In this document: piece after piece, positions 61,456 to 64,000 of the stretch
Layout of the letters: each line of letters opens with the position of its first letter
How positions within the stretch are numbered: the stretch's first letter is position 1
NCBI GenBank assembly: GCA_951406725.2
Contig: OX597824.1
Span: forward strand, 85,808,001-85,872,000
Direction of reading: 5' to 3'
Source of the DNA: Octopus vulgaris
Lineage: Eukaryota
DNA: 64,000 nt
Position numbers and translations under genes: made by a program
Notes under the pieces: model-generated
The model's input: the letters and a program-made list of their open reading frames with translations, nothing else
What the model was told of the DNA's origin: nothing
Database searches by the model: none

Positions 61456-64000
61456 AGTTTTTGTACCAGCACACAATCTCAGATCAGGTAGCTTGCTATG
61501 CAAGTACATCTCCATAATATATATATATATAACATACATGCATATATATATATATATATATATACATGCATACATACATATACATGCATATGTAGAGATA
61601 CATACATATACATGCATGTTCTCTTACATACCACCGGTAAGAGAACCATCCGAACGTGGCCATTGCCAGCGCCGCACCGACTGGCCTTGTGCCGGTGGCA
61701 TGTAAAAAGCACCATCCGATTGTGGCCGTTGCCAGCCTCGCCTGGCCCCCGTGCTGGTGGTACGTAAAAAGTACTCTCTGATTGTAGCCATTTGCCAGCC
61801 TCGTCTAGTACCTGTGCTGGTGGCACGTAAAAAGCACCCACTACACTCACGGTGTGGTTGGCGTTAGGAAGGGCATCCAGCTGTAGAAACACTGCCAGAT
61901 CAAGACTGGGCCTGGTGCAGCCTTCTGGCTTCCCAGACCCCAGTTGAACCGTCCAACCCATGCTAGCATGGAAAGCGGACGCTAAACGAAGATGATGATG
62001 AAGATGGTACATATTTGAGAGTGTGCAAACGTAAGTAATGGTGCATGCATATACTCAAAGTTGTACAAGACTTAGTGAATGGTTCGTCAATGCTGTATGT
62101 ATGTATGTGTCTGTGAAAAAATGTGAGACACAACAAGCATGCATATCCATGAGAATCTAATGCATTTGTGGCTGTGGGGTGAAATAACTCCTGGACTAAG
62201 TATGAATCAACAGAAAAAGAACAATGACAGTGAAAAGTGAGTAAATATCTTAATGTGTTTATACGAAGAACTTAAAGAGGAGCAGGTGTTCAACAATGGA
62301 GCCAGTAATCTCATGTGAATATTACAGATGATATGAGCACCAATGAGGAGTCTGTATATGGTAGGTCAACTTACTAGAAAGAACTGCTAATGTCTCCCTC
62401 TAAATCACACTTTACTGTCGTAATAAAGCAAGGGAATATTGGATAATGTACTCTGAGATGTACTACGTTTGAAGAAAAATTGTGCGATGGTCAGGGATGG
62501 AATGTCTTTTATCATATAGTGCGGGGATGGCTGTGTGGTTAAGAAACTTACTTTGCAACCATGTCGTTTTGGGTTCTACTATAGCCTTGGGCTAAACCCC
62601 TACCCCCCTTGTGAGTAAATATGGTAAATGGAAACTGTAAGAAGCCCATCATGTGTGTGTTGTGTGTTTGGCTCCCACTTTATTTGATACCAAGTGTTGG
62701 TTTGTTTACTTTCCCATGACTTAGCGTTCAAGAAACATCTACAGAACACCAAGCTTACAAAAATATAAGTACTGGAGCATAATTTGTTCTACTAAACCTT
62801 TCAATGCAGTGCCCCAGAATGGCCACAATCTGATGGCCGAAATAATAGACAATGGGGGGGGGTCGTCCAATTGACTGACAACAGAACTGATCTTGCACCC
62901 AGTTTCCCCCACCAAAAACAAATACTCTTATTTGTTTCAGTCATTTGACTGTGGCCATGCTGGAGCACCGCCTTTAGTCGAGCAAATTGACTTCAGGACT
63001 TAATCTTTGTAAGCCTAGTACTTATTCTATTGGACTCTTTTGCCGAGCCACTAAGTTACGGGGACATAACACACCAGCGTCGGCTGTCAAGCGATGTTGG
63101 GAGGACAAACACAGACACATAAATGTATACACACACACACACATATATATATATATCATCATCATATATATATATATATGTATATACACGATGGGCTTCT
63201 TTCAGTTTGTCTACCAAATCCACTCACAAGGCTTTGGTCGGCCTGAGGCTATAGTAGAAGACATTTGCCCAAGGTGCCACGCAGTGGGACTGAACCCAGA
63301 ACCATGTGGTTGTTAAGCAAGCTACTTACCACACAGCCACTTCTACACCTATCAATATTATGATTATATAAAATATTTTGCAGGGCCTACATTTTAAGCA
63401 AACCAAGTCCTTGTATCTATGTAAAGAGTCAGATGTTTTGGAATAGTAAAAATTAGTCTAAAGGCAGAAATAGGAGAGTTCAAATACTGCTGCCAAGATC
63501 AACTTTGGTTTTTCTCCTTTCAGAGTAGAAAAGAAAAAAAAAAAAGAGTACCTCTTATGTAACTCAAAACTTTGGTTTCTTAGACATGCTGCCTTGATAT
63601 TCACTGTCTTCTCTATTGCAGCTACAGTGGCCTCTGCTTCTCAGAGCTTGCTGATCTTATGCAATTCCCACTCAAGCACCCCGACCCACCTAACACATAT
63701 ACCTATACTCTTCTCCTCACCTGTGTTGTATGTGTCCCCTACAGGCACTATCTTAATCACTTTTCTTCATCCTTCCTCCAAGAACGTCAGCATCCTAGAA
63801 TCTGCTCCACGTCCACATCATTCTGCTTAATCTTGCAGAACCTACAAAGGCCATGGGTACAGCTCTTTCCTCTTCTCCTCACTATCCATTCTCTTTTCTT
63901 ATAAAGAAAAGCAAGGTCAGTGTATAACAAGTATGGAACGTTAGGGGTCACTTAATGATTCCTCTGCAAGACATACCAGTTGTAGGAGTTTATAGAATTA

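Noticed and set aside
63590-64000. RNASEK upstream exon
   Set aside because: No CGPK..SxWG-like peptide was found. The region looks like a decayed LINE fragment.

Overview
AT-rich, repeat-dense eukaryotic DNA with spliceosomal introns. The SINE and microsatellite content suggests an octopus or other coleoid cephalopod (inference). The main content is a cluster of three intact, multi-exon patatin-like (ExoU/VipD-type, PNPLA fold) paralogues reconstructed exon by exon: A (+, 12168-17933, 13 exons, 506 aa), B (-, 26135-30063, 12 exons, 524 aa) and C (-, 41219-48148, 13 exons, 490 aa). In all three the catalytic G-x-S-x-G nucleophile is replaced by Gly (GMGSG, GVGTG, GVGTG), the Gly-rich loop reads EGCGxK, DGG is kept, and the protein starts with an MGxxxS N-myristoylation signal. 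They also share an octamer+TATA promoter block. This looks like a family of membrane-tethered pseudo-phospholipases. The last coding exon of RNASEK lies at 57976-58197 (-). The rest is transposon-derived: a 5'-truncated Tx1/L1-clade LINE whose 3' tip is shared with an abundant SINE family, CR1 and RTE fragments, Tigger, mariner, Tc1 and hAT relics, MITEs, a solo LTR, tandem Helitrons, Penelope-like hammerhead motifs and four SINE-like families.
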